Positions 27,124 through 40,400 of a stretch of DNA of 64,000 nucleotides are shown here, piece by piece (position 1 is the stretch's first letter; each line of letters opens with the position of its first letter). Position numbers and translations under genes: made by a program. The notes beneath the pieces were generated by a model. It saw only the letters and a list, made by a program, of their open reading frames with translations. It made no database searches and was not told where the DNA came from. Source of the DNA: a virus (lineage: Duplodnaviria; Caudoviricetes). The stretch spans positions 17,559 through 81,558 of IMG/VR virus record IMGVR_UViG_3300021256_000089; one strand, written 5' to 3'.

Positions 27124-30100
27124 TTATGCAATGCGGAATACAGTATACCAATTTTTACGACTTGCAGAGTTTATAATATCTATTCCATATTGACCAGTTG
27201 TTTGCAACATAGATATTGATACAGTGATCTCACTTCCAGTTCCTGATATGTTGTGCGCGTATATTGATTCAGAATTAATGTTAACTACCCACAAGGAGCA
27301 CGAGTTAGCAGTAGCCTTTACCATGGTGATAACCAGATAACGTCCATATGGCACCGGTATATGCGCTGGCGCATATACATCTTTATCGTCTTTTTTTGTG
27401 CTTAATGTGCCGGAAGCATATCCACCGTATAACATACCTTCATAAATGGATGCTTTTCCGGCAGATAGGTTGGTAGTCATCAGATTTGGTACTGCGGCAT
27501 AAGCACCAACAGCTTGATCTGCAATAGGCGTTACACCGCCTAAGTGCAAACTAAGCATATCGGTTAATGTTCCGGACATATTGGCCATTTTGAAGATCAT
27601 AGCAGATCCGGATCTGCTTGCCGATGCTCCTTGAATGGACAGATTCAACCTGGCCGCAACCCACGGACTGCCAGTAGATATATTCTGATATATGACAAAA
27701 GGCGAAAAATCACCCGTGTCAGTAGCGCCCATGTACAATTGAACAGGTTCTTTAGCATTTGCCCGCAAATTAACTCTGCCTTGCGTAGTCAGCGTCTTTG
27801 GATTTTCTGAAGATAACAATCCATTGCCAATGTACCAGTTGCCAATCAGTCCAGACACAAATGAAACATTGCCATCAGCATCGACGGTAAAATTACCGCT
27901 TGTTATTTCCAATTGCCCGGTCGTCGACAGTTTGATTTTATTCGGTGTCAAAAGAATGCCGCTGGCATTGCCCAAACTATCCCAAGTTAAAGCAGAAATC
28001 TTCGTCGGTATCGCTTCTATTTTAGCATACGATGTAAGCTTTGTCGTTAAGCCGTCTGGTGTTACAAATGTATTGTCGGCCATTGCTGTAGCTGTTAGTT
28101 TACCCTTGTCATTCAACGAAAAATTAGCTTTTGTATTGCCGATATATAATGCATTCGCTCGGATGGTCCCTGTTACCTCAGCGTCTGTTGCAGTAAGCTT
28201 ACCGGTATTTGTTACCTTGAACGTATCTTGTCCGGAATTATTTTTGATCGTAATAGAACCTTTATTCATGGTAATAGTTCCATCACTTGCCGCGATAAAA
28301 CTACCGTTACCAAGATTAATAGATCCTTTTGTAATAGCTAGACCAGCTTGACTCAACAAAGCATCCGGAGTGGTACTCGTATCCGTTCCGTAAAAGCCTA
28401 TCCCATCAGCACCAAACTTCGCATATACTCCAGTGTATTTCCACGTATCTGTTGCCTGCTCATATGTTCCTTGTTGTACAGTCAGATAATTTGATCCAAA
28501 GTTAAAATGACTTCGTAAAGTTGTGTTTGTGTCTCCTTTAAAATTTGTATAGTCTTGTTTTAAAGAACCGAAAGACACGTATGTTTCCTGTAAATCATCT
28601 GTCAGTTTCTCAAGGGATATCGTGCCAGCTTCAATTAGCACGGCCCGAATGTGTCCGGCCGTAATCAGATCTGCTGTGAAGCCTTTGCCTGTGCCGAACG
28701 TGCGCCAGCGCCAGTCGCCTTCCTCATCCTTGCTGTCCGCAATCGCGAAGCCTGCACCTGTCAGCCGCATCGCCGAGGATCCATCCGTAGCTTCAAACAT
28801 CTGAGCACCCTTATCATCTGTGTACCAGGAGCTCGATACGCTCGTAATTAGATTGCGTTCTGTGCTGATCGTATCCTCGAGCAGCTGCGCCATGATCTTT
28901 CCGGTTCTGCTGAACTGCTTCGCCCGCTCATACATCGTTTCCCTGCCTCGCGATTGATTCGCGACATCGGCAATGTAGGAAATCACATCGGAGAAGCTGT
29001 GCTGATTCATCAGCGTCAGGTTTGTGTTGATTGTTATCGACGTCTTCCACGGCTGATCATAACACTTTTTTAGCTGATCGATATAGGCCCAGCAGTTGAC
29101 AGCGATTTCAGGATCAATGAGATGGATTGCATCCTGAATTCGGATGTCAGGCCACAATACTTTGGCTGTTTCTGGCGACGCGCCGTAATCTTCGTTGTCT
29201 TCGTTCGCGCCATACAGATCGAGATACGAAACAGAATACGTTGTTTCTGGCTTTGAGATGTACTCGATGTTCTCTACAGCGTCATCATACAGTTTCTGTT
29301 CGTCTTCGTCTACGTAGTCGTTTTTCTGCCAGTAGCCCTCGCGGAAGATGTCGCCAAGTTTCAATGCGAGATTCGTTTCCATCTCTTTCATTTGATCCTG
29401 CATCCGCGTGAGATATGGAAGATCAGAAAGGTATACGAGTTCAGCATAGTCCGCGAATTGATCCATCATCGGGACAAGACCTTTATATACCCCTTCGCCC
29501 GTCATCTTAGGAAGGATCGTGTATGTAATATTCTGCCCCGTTTTAGACGAAAGAGTAATCGTATTTTTTGTTGTCACAGGACGAATCGTAATCTTGTCGC
29601 GTAGAGATTTCAGACACGTAATGCGGATATACGATGATCCCGGTGTAAACGATCCATCGTTCCCTATTGCAACTCTTGTACCACTCGTCGAATCAACATT
29701 GCTGTACTTGTAGATTCGAATTCGTGTTTCGTCAGACGATGAACTGACATTGAACGCGCTTGATGTAATTAGATATTTTTGAGTGTCTGCAACTGTCAAC
29801 ATCGTGCTTGTCAGATATTGGACGGCCGGTTCTTCAGCGCCAGTATCGTCATTTAATCCGCCTTTTTTGACAGTTATCTTATTGTCATGTGGATCAAAAA
29901 TGATCACAGGCGGCTGAGCCATAGAACCAACAAGAATTTTTCCTTGAACGATTCGCTGTGGATTCAATTCTTCGTAAATCTTAATATTCTTTTGTTTGAG
30001 ATCGACCTGCTTCAGGCGCAACGAAGAACAGTTTGCCGGGATCGAAAGATCCTTGTTTTTTGAATTCGCATCAATGTCTTCCTTTTTGAGAAATTTACCC

Positions 30101-33027
30101 TTTGAGTTATAGTAGAAGACTGTTACAGCCGGTATGTTTGTTTCTGTACCGAGATAACTGTATTTATACTTTTTGTGATCACGATGCCTGGGTGGCAACT
30201 TAATGTTTGAAGTTCGCTTATAAGCAAGATCATTGTCAGCAAGTGTACCATTGCTTGTCAGCTTTTGATCCATATAGTCGCCGACATTCATTAGGTTGGA
30301 AGGATGATAGAAGACATCATCCTGATCACGAGTCAATACAGAGTACGAGTCTACGTCAACCCATTTGGCGTCTTCTCCGGATTGATATGTTTGCTCGCGT
30401 ATATAACCCGCGTATGGTCCACCAGTATCATACGCCAAACGATTACCAGCTTCGACAGGTTCTTTCAGTGTAAATGTCCAGTACCTGCCATAATCTGTTT
30501 CGAACGCGTAATTGCCGGCATCGAGAGTTGAAGATGGCGCATATGTGTATGTCTGATACTGTCCTTTTAATGTTTGTTCCAACGTGTAACATGCGGAGAT
30601 TACACGGCCGAAATACTGTATAATAGCCGATTGAGATGTCTCATCCTCGATCTTTACAAAAGCACCTCCGCCACGTTTACGATATAAGACAGGTGCCTTC
30701 GTGTCAAGACCAAGCTCATTGTATGCTGGCGTGTACCAATAAGCGTCTGCTTCTGGTACAGGTCTCGTGTTGTTTCCTGGTTGGATATATACTGGATACC
30801 AATTGGTATCTTTCTCGGTACCCCATTTCGCTGTATCTCCCCAGCAAAAATAGAGTTTGCTTGGTCTTCCATCTGCATTGTATTTCCACCACCAACCCCA
30901 GAATCCAGGACCGATGACGTTCTTTAGGGACGGTGGATACATGCTGCAATATAACCGGTGATCAATTGTCGAGCCGTCGTCTTCTCCTGTTTTGGTGCCT
31001 TTGCACGCTGCTTCAAGTTCAGATTCCAGTGCGCCGATGTAACCGTTGACGCTGTTTGCTTCGAATAAATAATACTTGTTGTTTTCATTGTTGACCGCGT
31101 GTGCATTTCTGGAATATACATCTTCCCATTTTAACCACAGCGTAATAGTTGTTTGTTGCGTCGCGTCATTATGACCGATATCTTTCAGATAACTCTTGTC
31201 CCAAGAGCTGTCGTCGCGCAGAATATACACAACAGAAGCGGCAGGCTCCTGCGGCGTACCATCAGGTTTCAGGCTCGGTGCCACATGAATCAGATCATGA
31301 TACCAGTCAAGATCTGATTTCTTGTTCTCGTACTCAACAGTCTCACCCATCACCTGCGCACTTGTTGTTTTCTTTTCTTTGTACCAGGCGTATTTGCGCA
31401 CAATGCTATCGGGGATTACCTGAAAAGTATTCACTTGATCGAACGTGGGATCATCAAAGGTATATGCGACATAGTCTCCGGATTTATGATAGACACCATC
31501 CGGCAGCCTGCAGTATTTCAGAGTTGAACCAATCAGCCCGCTGAGCTCTGTAAGATCTGTGTTGTATGTTTCGCTTGCCTGAGCAATACGCCTAAGCAGC
31601 TCGGGAGCCCCACGCTGAAACTGTGCGATTGTTTGCAGCATATCGTCAGTCAGCAAATCAACGCTTGAATAGTAATCAAAGTCCATTAGATAAGAGAACT
31701 CGTTGCGCGCTTCTTTGATGTTTGATTTGTGCTCGTTGTCGCCTGTACCATATACACCGAGATCGACCGCATGATCGGTCTTTGCTTCGCGGTATACGGG
31801 ATAAGCAAGATAATTGATCTCGTCCCACACATAGGATCTGGAAGCCGGGTCAAGTGTAGACCACACGAGATAATTATCTTGAGGCTGCGAAGATGGAGCC
31901 TCAGGATTCTGAATGATGTATGTATTGCCCTCGTAATCGCCGGTCATTAAACCAAGATCTTTAACTTCAGCAGCCGTATTCTTGGCAGATGTAGCATATG
32001 GCCGCACAAACTGGAAGTAATAAGTCGTTGCAATCCCATCATCACCTTTGACCGTGAACTTGCATTCTGTCCAGTTCGGGAACACGCTGCATGTGGTTGC
32101 GTTAGATCCTTTATCTGTCAGCCAGTATTCTTTATGGATGCACTCGTCAATGCCGCAGTATCCAGTAGCCGTGTCGCCCCACGAACCATACGCGTACAGC
32201 TTTGTCACAATGTTTTCTGTGTTCATTGTACGGGTCACGTTGCTGACGTTCTGTCCATAATGCAGTTCAATAACTTTGCTGCCCTGCCGGTTCTCTTCCT
32301 TACCGGCATGGCCATCAGGCAGAAAGATCGATGGCAGCTCACCATCCGTCGATACGGAGAACGGGTTCATCGGGATGATGTCTACAGTTCGCGTATCGCC
32401 GTGAAACACAGGCTTTGCGTCAAACAAATCACACATCTGCGTAATCAGTTTAAAAGCGCCGGTTTTGGCCGACGCTCTGAGTGTGCGCATCTTCTCTTTC
32501 TTGCGCGTCTTCGTAACACCGTTTTCAACGTATGTTTCATATTGATCTTTTTCAACAAAGCGATACACGTCGCCAGGTGTCCAGGTGGTACCATTCAGGA
32601 TTTCTGTTAGTAAATCGTATGCGGTGCCGACATTGTTGCCATCAGCATCCGTAAACTCAAGACCCATGTTTTTTGTTTTTAGCAGCTGACTGATATGTCC
32701 GGCTATCACAGACACATTCTTGCTTCGATTGACGTGCGTTACCTTTGGTTCTGAAATAAGATACCAGTCTACACCGTCATCGTCAAGCAGCCGAATCATA
32801 TAATCGGCCTTCATGTAATCGAGCCGGAAGTTCGGCTGCTGCCCGTCTTCTGTCTCACAGGTTGTAGGCAAGTCAAAGGTCAGTACCTTCCAGCCGTTGC
32901 GCTCCGTCGTGACAAGCACGTTGCTTGCCTGCCCAGAAGATTCGACCGCGTTATCATACAGCGTGCACAGCTTGTGCTTTGCGTAATCGAATACATCCAG
33001 GACTAAATTCCTTTTATACCTTAACAT
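27124..33027 (-). CDS. Tail tip / baseplate hub (Tal-like, phage tail spike family) with inserted domains
   Basis: IELHYGQNVSNVTRT.NTENIVTKLYAYG; WRWRTFGTGKGFTADLITAG; directly after Dit; AAGGAGG RBS favours ATG 33027. Confidence 0.8.
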   Translation of the reverse strand: MLRYKRNLVLDVFDYAKHKLCTLYDNAVESSGQASNVLVTTERNGWKVLTFDLPTTCETEDGQQPNFRLDYMKADYMIRLLDDDGVDWYLISEPKVTHVNRSKNVSVIAGHISQLLKTKNMGLEFTDADGNNVGTAYDLLTEILNGTTWTPGDVYRFVEKDQYETYVENGVTKTRKKEKMRTLRASAKTGAFKLITQMCDLFDAKPVFHGDTRTVDIIPMNPFSVSTDGELPSIFLPDGHAGKEENRQGSKVIELHYGQNVSNVTRTMNTENIVTKLYAYGSWGDTATGYCGIDECIHKEYWLTDKGSNATTCSVFPNWTECKFTVKGDDGIATTYYFQFVRPYATSAKNTAAEVKDLGLMTGDYEGNTYIIQNPEAPSSQPQDNYLVWSTLDPASRSYVWDEINYLAYPVYREAKTDHAVDLGVYGTGDNEHKSNIKEARNEFSYLMDFDYYSSVDLLTDDMLQTIAQFQRGAPELLRRIAQASETYNTDLTELSGLIGSTLKYCRLPDGVYHKSGDYVAYTFDDPTFDQVNTFQVIPDSIVRKYAWYKEKKTTSAQVMGETVEYENKKSDLDWYHDLIHVAPSLKPDGTPQEPAASVVYILRDDSSWDKSYLKDIGHNDATQQTTITLWLKWEDVYSRNAHAVNNENNKYYLFEANSVNGYIGALESELEAACKGTKTGEDDGSTIDHRLYCSMYPPSLKNVIGPGFWGWWWKYNADGRPSKLYFCWGDTAKWGTEKDTNWYPVYIQPGNNTRPVPEADAYWYTPAYNELGLDTKAPVLYRKRGGGAFVKIEDETSQSAIIQYFGRVISACYTLEQTLKGQYQTYTYAPSSTLDAGNYAFETDYGRYWTFTLKEPVEAGNRLAYDTGGPYAGYIREQTYQSGEDAKWVDVDSYSVLTRDQDDVFYHPSNLMNVGDYMDQKLTSNGTLADNDLAYKRTSNIKLPPRHRDHKKYKYSYLGTETNIPAVTVFYYNSKGKFLKKEDIDANSKNKDLSIPANCSSLRLKQVDLKQKNIKIYEELNPQRIVQGKILVGSMAQPPVIIFDPHDNKITVKKGGLNDDTGAEEPAVQYLTSTMLTVADTQKYLITSSAFNVSSSSDETRIRIYKYSNVDSTSGTRVAIGNDGSFTPGSSYIRITCLKSLRDKITIRPVTTKNTITLSSKTGQNITYTILPKMTGEGVYKGLVPMMDQFADYAELVYLSDLPYLTRMQDQMKEMETNLALKLGDIFREGYWQKNDYVDEDEQKLYDDAVENIEYISKPETTYSVSYLDLYGANEDNEDYGASPETAKVLWPDIRIQDAIHLIDPEIAVNCWAYIDQLKKCYDQPWKTSITINTNLTLMNQHSFSDVISYIADVANQSRGRETMYERAKQFSRTGKIMAQLLEDTISTERNLITSVSSSWYTDDKGAQMFEATDGSSAMRLTGAGFAIADSKDEEGDWRWRTFGTGKGFTADLITAGHIRAVLIEAGTISLEKLTDDLQETYVSFGSLKQDYTNFKGDTNTTLRSHFNFGSNYLTVQQGTYEQATDTWKYTGVYAKFGADGIGFYGTDTSTTPDALLSQAGLAITKGSINLGNGSFIAASDGTITMNKGSITIKNNSGQDTFKVTNTGKLTATDAEVTGTIRANALYIGNTKANFSLNDKGKLTATAMADNTFVTPDGLTTKLTSYAKIEAIPTKISALTWDSLGNASGILLTPNKIKLSTTGQLEITSGNFTVDADGNVSFVSGLIGNWYIGNGLLSSENPKTLTTQGRVNLRANAKEPVQLYMGATDTGDFSPFVIYQNISTGSPWVAARLNLSIQGASASRSGSAMIFKMANMSGTLTDMLSLHLGGVTPIADQAVGAYAAVPNLMTTNLSAGKASIYEGMLYGGYASGTLSTKKDDKDVYAPAHIPVPYGRYLVITMVKATANSCSLWVVNINSESIYAHNISGTGSEITVSISMLQTTGQYGIDIINSASRKNWYTVFRIA

Positions 33028-33040
33028 GCCCATCCTCCTT

Positions 33041-34291
33041 TTACGGGAACGTAGGCTTGAAGACAAACCGCATCCTGTGCAGATTCATGTCTCCGTCGTT
33101 TCCTTTTTGAATACTGATTTCATTTGCCTTGATGATCATCCAATTATCTAATTTGATATCGCCGGATATCGCAGGCGAATGCTCACTTGGTTCACACCAG
33201 ATCGAATAACCACTGACGCTTGCAATTTTCCACATATGCCCGGTGTCCTCATCATACACCCAGTATCCTGCCGGTTTGTAAGGCAGATGTAAATCATATT
33301 GATCAGAAATCGTAAATGAATTATGTCCGGGTGTTTCGTTACCTTGCAGCTGCACATCACCGTTGCTTCTGAATAATGGCACGCCAGCCGGCTCCAGATA
33401 GATAAAGCCGTAATCGTGATACACGTAATCGAGCGTAACATTTGAATCACTGCCATGACGTGACACACGTCCGTTTAGAGCATCGCATTGAATGTACTGG
33501 CTCTTATCACTAACGCCGCCAATGAAGCGGCAGACTTCAGAATTCGTGTGATTTGTAATCGTCAGTCCTTTGTTAAAAGTGCCACCGACTTCGACACATA
33601 CGGCAGCACGTTCCGTCCCTGGATTGATGACCGGGAACTTGATCAAATTGCTTGTCATACTATCCGCACCGCGAAGGAAATCATACACCACCTGATTGCC
33701 GGATGAGATTCGCCTGGCGTTTTGCGCCAGGTCATCGTTTGCATCTACAACATAACCCATCGCAGAATTGGCGCGCATATCAGCAATCACACGGTTCTTT
33801 TCTGCAATATCTTCTCGTTGTGTTTCGCTGAGCGGTTGATTTTCCTCGTCGATCACATCTTCGTGATCTGTATAATACTGATCGCTTCTTGCAAAAGGAT
33901 AGTAAGCACGCATCTGGATCACAACAATACCATTCTCACGGTTTGTCAGCCCGCTTGCGTTAACGCTTACAACGGTCGCCGTGTACCACAGCCATGGGCG
34001 CTTAGCGAATACAAGCCGTCCAGTCTTCCCACGATGGAACAGCCAGTCAATCTTTGACATGACGCCGTCAAGTACCGGAGATTCCTCAAAGATGCACCGT
34101 AGTGTAAAGTCTTTCGGTTGCATCGTATTGCCGTAATAGTAGCCGCCGTCATGGGCGTCGAAAGCCTGCTCATGCAGCTTATATGCCGCAGGCTTGTATA
34201 CGTAAATGTTGGATATTTCTGGCGCATAGGTCAGGCCGATGTCGGCGATGTCAACACCGTCAAAACTGAAGCCGCCTTTGATTACTGCCAT
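33041..34291 (-). CDS. Distal tail protein (Dit)
   Basis: GFSFDG.DI.DIGL...; GRLVF...PW.WY.A; PFA motif; position after TMP. Confidence 0.8.
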   Translation of the reverse strand: MAVIKGGFSFDGVDIADIGLTYAPEISNIYVYKPAAYKLHEQAFDAHDGGYYYGNTMQPKDFTLRCIFEESPVLDGVMSKIDWLFHRGKTGRLVFAKRPWLWYTATVVSVNASGLTNRENGIVVIQMRAYYPFARSDQYYTDHEDVIDEENQPLSETQREDIAEKNRVIADMRANSAMGYVVDANDDLAQNARRISSGNQVVYDFLRGADSMTSNLIKFPVINPGTERAAVCVEVGGTFNKGLTITNHTNSEVCRFIGGVSDKSQYIQCDALNGRVSRHGSDSNVTLDYVYHDYGFIYLEPAGVPLFRSNGDVQLQGNETPGHNSFTISDQYDLHLPYKPAGYWVYDEDTGHMWKIASVSGYSIWCEPSEHSPAISGDIKLDNWMIIKANEISIQKGNDGDMNLHRMRFVFKPTFP

Positions 34292-34416
34292 TCCGACACC
34301 TCCTTCATTCCTTCACAGAAATAAAATGGAGGGCAGTTTTCCGACTTGCCCAGGTCGCTAAAACCTTTAAATCCTTTTCCTTATTCCATTACGTGGCATT
34401 TCGAAACTGATACTTT

Positions 34417-37400
34417 TTAAGAGCTGAAAGCAAAGTTGGCTGTTTGCAATCCTTGCTTGCTGAGCTCACGCACGAACTCCTCGCCGACCTTGCGGGCAAC
34501 CTCTTCGTAGTCCGCATCTTCTTTCAGTTCCGCTTCATTGATCTCAATGTTCAGCTTTTCAACCGTAAACCCGCTTACGTCACTGAACATGCTGTCAGAG
34601 ATCATCGAGCTGAACGAAGGTACGCGAATCGTCGAGAACGCGTCGAGGAATGCACGCATTGCAGCCGTGTCTTCCGCACTAAGGAAGGCTTCGGGCTTTG
34701 TCTTCGAGCCGTCAACCCAAGCCGGACCGGTAAAGTCTACAAGGCCGCCTTGCGCATACGCTTTCTCGACCTTGCCATATTTAACCTTGTCGCCAACATG
34801 TTTGCGATCCATCGCTTGCTCTTCTGCAAGTTGTTTCGCTGCAAGTTTCGCATATTTCTTCGTGTAAAAAGCATCGCCCTCAGCAACGCCGGAGGCTCTT
34901 ACACTGCCGTTCTTTTTGATGACTTCCCAGGAACGCTTGAATTTATACTTTGGCTCATCATCAATTTCGTCTCCGTCGTGTTCCCCGGCATGTTCCTCAG
35001 AGACAAGCGCAGCGCCGCCAAGCTTTGCCGTACTCCACAAACTCCAGGCTTCATTCCACTGCTCACGCAGCTGACGCTTCCTGTCGTTGCTTGCAGTACG
35101 GTACTCTTCGCTGTCCATCATGAAATCCATGAAACTCTCACGGTCTGTCATCACTGCCGCAACCTGATTCCAGTAATCACGCCAGTATTGATCCGTAAGC
35201 CCCTTCATTTCATCATACATGTCGCCCCAGTTCTGCACCATCAGCTCCTGCTGTTCCTTTGTGCTGTCAGCATATGTCTTATCGTTTTCCTTCAGCCACT
35301 CGATTAAATCTTCGCGGCTCTTCTTCAGCACATCATTCAGCTCGGTTGTGAAGTTGTTATTATCCTCGAGATAATTGTCGAGCCATTCCTGATACTGATC
35401 CGTATACAGATCATAGCCCATGATACGTTCGTCGAGGTCGGCTTTCTGTGCATCTGCTTCCTGATCAGCAATCTTCCAAGCGATTTCGTCCTGCAGCTTC
35501 GCAATCTTGTCACGCAGCTCTGCGGCTTCCCTTGTGCGGGAACTGTCCATCTCAACACGGCTGAGCTGTGCCTGCAGGTTCGCAAGCTCTTCATACTTGC
35601 TTGCCTCGCTCGCAGCGTTCTTCCTCGCGTTCAGCCGCTCATCGATCAGGCTCTTCTCCTGTTCGAGCGCGGCTTTCTTGTTGTCAATGTCCTGCTTCAG
35701 CAGATCCCACTCATCACGATAACGCTGCTTGATCAGATCAAGGATTGTGTTCTCCATGTCGACCGTGCCTTGCAGCCGCTGCCTGCGGAGCTCCTCACGG
35801 TTGTCAAGCTCGGCAGAGATCATATCCTGAATATCAACCTTGTATTGCCTGATCTGTTTGCGGTTCTCCTTCATCTGTTCGAGGTTATCGTGGATTGCCT
35901 GCGTATGCTCCTGGATCGCTTCTTCAGCGGCCTGGATTGCATCGCGCAGCGCGTACCAATCGTCAGAGCCCTGCTCGGTAGCGGCCATCTCATCCCGCAG
36001 CGCAGAGATATTATCTCGCTGATTCTTAATCTGTCTACGGCGCTCCTCGTTTTCCTGCTTGATCAACGTGTTCTCATTTGTCAGTTCGCCAGCATTCTTG
36101 TAACGCGTACGACGATACTGAATCATTTTCAGCATGTGATCGTCCACGGATGCGGAATGTTTCTGACTCTCGATCAGCTGCTGTGCGTGGCTCTTGCCAC
36201 CACCGCCACCACCTCTCGGAGGACGCGTTCCCTGATTGCCAGAACCAAGTTCATCAAGAATCCAATCGAAGCCTGTAGTGTTGCCATCACCATCCTTAAG
36301 CTCTTCAAAATGGCCTTTAATATGCATCGCTTCGAGAATTGCATTTAATGCTTGAATTGTATTAGCCGCATCTGCGCCAATTGTTTCAATCAACCCTGCA
36401 TCATTCCAGTTTACATTGCCATCGGCCACCGTAATAGCAGGCGCAAATGTATCAAACTGTCCCTGGAGTTCAGAGTTTAAAAGAGCAGCGATTTGATTAC
36501 CATAATCTTCGACAGAAATCTTGTCAGCCTCATAAGATTGCTTAAGTGCATCGTCAATGCCGGTCGTGATTTTCTGATCTTTGCCGTATTGTTTTATTTG
36601 TTCGGTGTCGAATCCAGTGATCTGCGCTATTTGATCCATCGTTGTTTTATCGCGTTTGCCAGCTTTAAACTGTTCTCTGTAATATTGTCTGTACGACAAA
36701 TTATTCAGTGCATTTCTCATATCGGTGAGAGCTTTTGCAGATTCAACGGCATCTCCCTGAACATTCTTTAAATAATTGAGAACCTCATCGCCCCTGGACC
36801 CAAACATGGATTTCGCTGCTTCTTGCGCTTCACGCATTGACTGTGCTAATTTCTTCCAATCTTCAGCCGTAACAAGAGCACCTTCACCAAGCTTTGCGAG
36901 AATTTCACTTCCTCCATCAAAGCTTTCGAGTGCTGTTTTAAATACGTCAAACGATACAGCATCTCCGCTGAGCCGTTGGTACTCGGCAAGCATACCCGCC
37001 TGGTCGTTGCTTTGCAGCGCAGACATGAACGTTGCTCCGATGCCACCTTCTCCAGTAAGGATTGCCTGGTTCAAATCGTAGCCGTAACCCTTTTGTCCAA
37101 GCTGATAGTTCTGTAACATTTGCTGGAAGATCGGCCAGTCAAGCGTGCCTTCGGATGTAGCCTGAAGCGCGCTGTACAGTTCTTTCGGGAGCACCTTCGA
37201 CATATTATCGCGGGACCAGGTGACACCAAGTGTGCTGCTGATGCCGCTCATGAATTCCTGGAACCCGGTTGCGCCGTTTGCAACATTCAGCAAATCGAGA
37301 CGTTTGCCGGATAAATCAGGATTTTCCTGAACATACTCTGTCCACAGACCTGCGAATATATCCTCTGGAGACTGGTAATACTGTTTGCCGTTATACATAA

Positions 37401-40400
37401 TATCTGCAGCAGTATATCCAAGATGCCACCCATTACGCTTGGCTTCATCTGGTACACTGTCACCTCGGATATAAGACAATGCTTGATCTAAATTTTCAAA
37501 CGGTATTCCGTCAACACTAAAAGGCAATGCTTCCGGATTGTCCGTTCTTAGTAAAGATAATCGATTCGCTTCGGTAGATGTTGCAAAACGTATTTTTTCT
37601 TCTGTTTGTGCGGCGATATAATCAATATATCGTTGTCTTTGATCTTTAGTCATCTGGCTAAAAGAAAGTCCGCTCTCCAAGCCAGCGTCAGCCGAATAGG
37701 TCTCTGAATTCGTTAACATGTTGCTAATAGAATTATCCAATGCAGTTTTGAGATTCTCATCTGAGACGTAAGCAGAAGAAAGTCCTTTGTTGCTCATCAA
37801 ACCATACACGCGTTCGGACACGTAACCAGACCAATCTGTCAACAACGATTCCACTAATTGATATAACCAGCCGTTTTCCCCAGCTGACTCTATTAATCCA
37901 TCGTAAATTAATGAGATTACATCGTCAGATAAAGAAGTGTTATATGATTGTATTAGCGTAATGAAGTCTCCTGATGTCAGCGATTGATTAGACAAAGCGT
38001 GATCTAATTCTTGATTGCCAGTTGATACACCCGACAATCTTGTTCTGAGATCTTCTGCATTCCTGTCGTAGAAAACTTTTAAAACATTTTGCATTGATTC
38101 ATTGTCGGCTAACGTGCGCATATTAGACCGTTTCCAGCTAACATCTGAATTCATGTTTGTATTCACAATAAATGCCTTATACAATTCAGGGAACTGCTTA
38201 CTCAAAGTAGAAGCATCTACTTGATTATCTTTGATTGTTTGTAAAAGTCCTACAGGAATCGACTTTTGTAAATCGTTGAAAGTGTTTAACGGTGTTAACG
38301 TGCTTTCGATAAATGAAAGCATCTCCGTTGACCATTTCTTTCGACTGTGTTCGCGGGCTGCATTATAATCAGCAAAGCTCATGTTGCCAGCCTCAAAAGC
38401 ATTTTGCCATAAATTCAAAGTATCTTTCATATTCTGCACATCTTCCCGCGAAAAATCAGGAAAATTATTTATATTAGCCTCAAGAAAAGATAATAGTTCA
38501 TCAACATCTAACGATGAAACATCTTGCCAATCTTCCGATATTTCGGGACCGTTTTCACCTTCAATGGCATACGATGCCAATCGGACGAGCGCACTAGGCA
38601 GTCCATCTTCACCAACCGAGTTCACGTTGGCAATATTCAGCATATTATGCGCACGTTTATATTCATCACTATTCTGCAGATTTAACATTTGCAACACGTT
38701 GTCATATAGCTGCTGTTCTTCTGCTGGTGTTAATTTGTCTTTACTGTACGTCACATATCGATTCCAGTATTGATCTATAGCCGACTGTCCTGTTGTTTGT
38801 TCCAACAGATCAGCGAGATTGTCCATCGTAACTCCAATACTGTGTGCATCTTGCCATTGTTTTTCATATGCTTCTGCAGAACTTTGGCGCGTTGCTTCAT
38901 ATTGTAATGTAGCAAGGGTTTGTCTTGTGGTGTCGGTTCGTGCAACAATCCCGTTCAAAGAATCCTGAGCTCCGTTAACGATCTCTGCCCAACGCTCAAG
39001 TTTGTCCGAAGTTGAGTCAATTTCTTTTCCTAATTCGGGGAACAAACCTGTTAATTGTGCCAGATTGTTGTTGAATTGAATCTTATCGGCATAAGCCATA
39101 TTCTCGCCAAGTCGCTGATAAGATTCACCAAGTCTTTTGGTATCATCAATCAATTGCTGATAACGATTGTTGCGATCGTCGGTATCATGCACATAAGCTT
39201 CGAGTGTCTGTTGTTCCATCATCCCTGGTTTTTGCTTCGCTTGTGCATTTCCTATTCCACTTGCCACACCAAGACCGATTGTTCCAAGCAGCAACGTACC
39301 TCCGACAACAGCTCCGGCAACGTCTCCGGTCAGCACTTTGATGACAGTCGTCAATGCAGCGACTGCGCCTGTGATAGCTACAATTGTCGTAACAACATTG
39401 CCGCCATTTTCCGTAATCAGTCGTAAACCATTCACGAATCCGGTTATCGCGTCAACGATACCTTTGATTGCTCCGCTCTTAACAAGATTCTCAACCAGCC
39501 CGTCAAATGTACTCTTCAGCTCGTTGATTGACGCCTGCAAGCTCTTTGCCGCAATCTCATACTTACTCTCCGTGATGCCTTCGCTGTCCTCAGACAACCC
39601 GAGATACTTTGCGAAAGTTTCACCGTTGTCTTCGGCCATGCCCTCCATCAGCGTAGAGAACATATTGCCTGCACGCACGCCGGCAACACTTGTCGTAATG
39701 TTCGCACGCTGCACGTCGCTCATGTCGCCCCAGTTCCTGGCAATGTCATACATGATTTCCGTAGGCGAACGGAACGTATTCTGATCAGACCGCAGATCGA
39801 TACCTGCAAGACGCAGCGCGGTTTCAATTGTAGACAGATCCGTCGTGTCACCGTTCTTGTCGGAGACATAGCCAGTAGACTGCACCTGCCGCAGACGGCT
39901 GAACAGGGTATTCAGAGCCGTACCAACCTGCGTGCCAGACAGCTGCGTTGTCGAAGTCATGACCGTGATCATGCTCGTCAGTTCGCCGTAACTGACACCG
40001 GCAACCTTTGCGGCAGCCGCGCACTTCTGCATTGCTTTACCGATCTCGACAGCCGTTGTGGCTGCGCTGTCGCCGAGAGCGGTAAGAGCGTCCATTGCTT
40101 CTTCGGCACTTTCAACAAGACCGTTCTGTAAAGCGGTCGTAATGATCTTTGTGGCATCCTGAACTTTAGACCCGGTAACCGTAGCGAATTTAATGATCGC
40201 CTCGGAGCGGTCAGCAACTTCGGTATCACTCAGACCCTGGCGGTACAGAGCAGCCTCAACTTGACTGACATTGCCGACGCTTGTACGCAGATTGATCGCA
40301 CGGTCGATCGTGCTGCTGCGGATATCCTGCATCTGCTCGTCACTCTTCATCGTGATCGTTTGGATCTCGGTCATCGATGCGTCGAATTCCATCACGAAGC

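Noticed and set aside
34444-36348. Long plus-strand ORFs antisense to TMP (34444-35307, 35770-36348), and likewise 54679-55704 and 52906-53724
   Set aside because: Shadow ORFs of GC-rich, codon-biased minus-strand genes; no RBS or recognisable motifs
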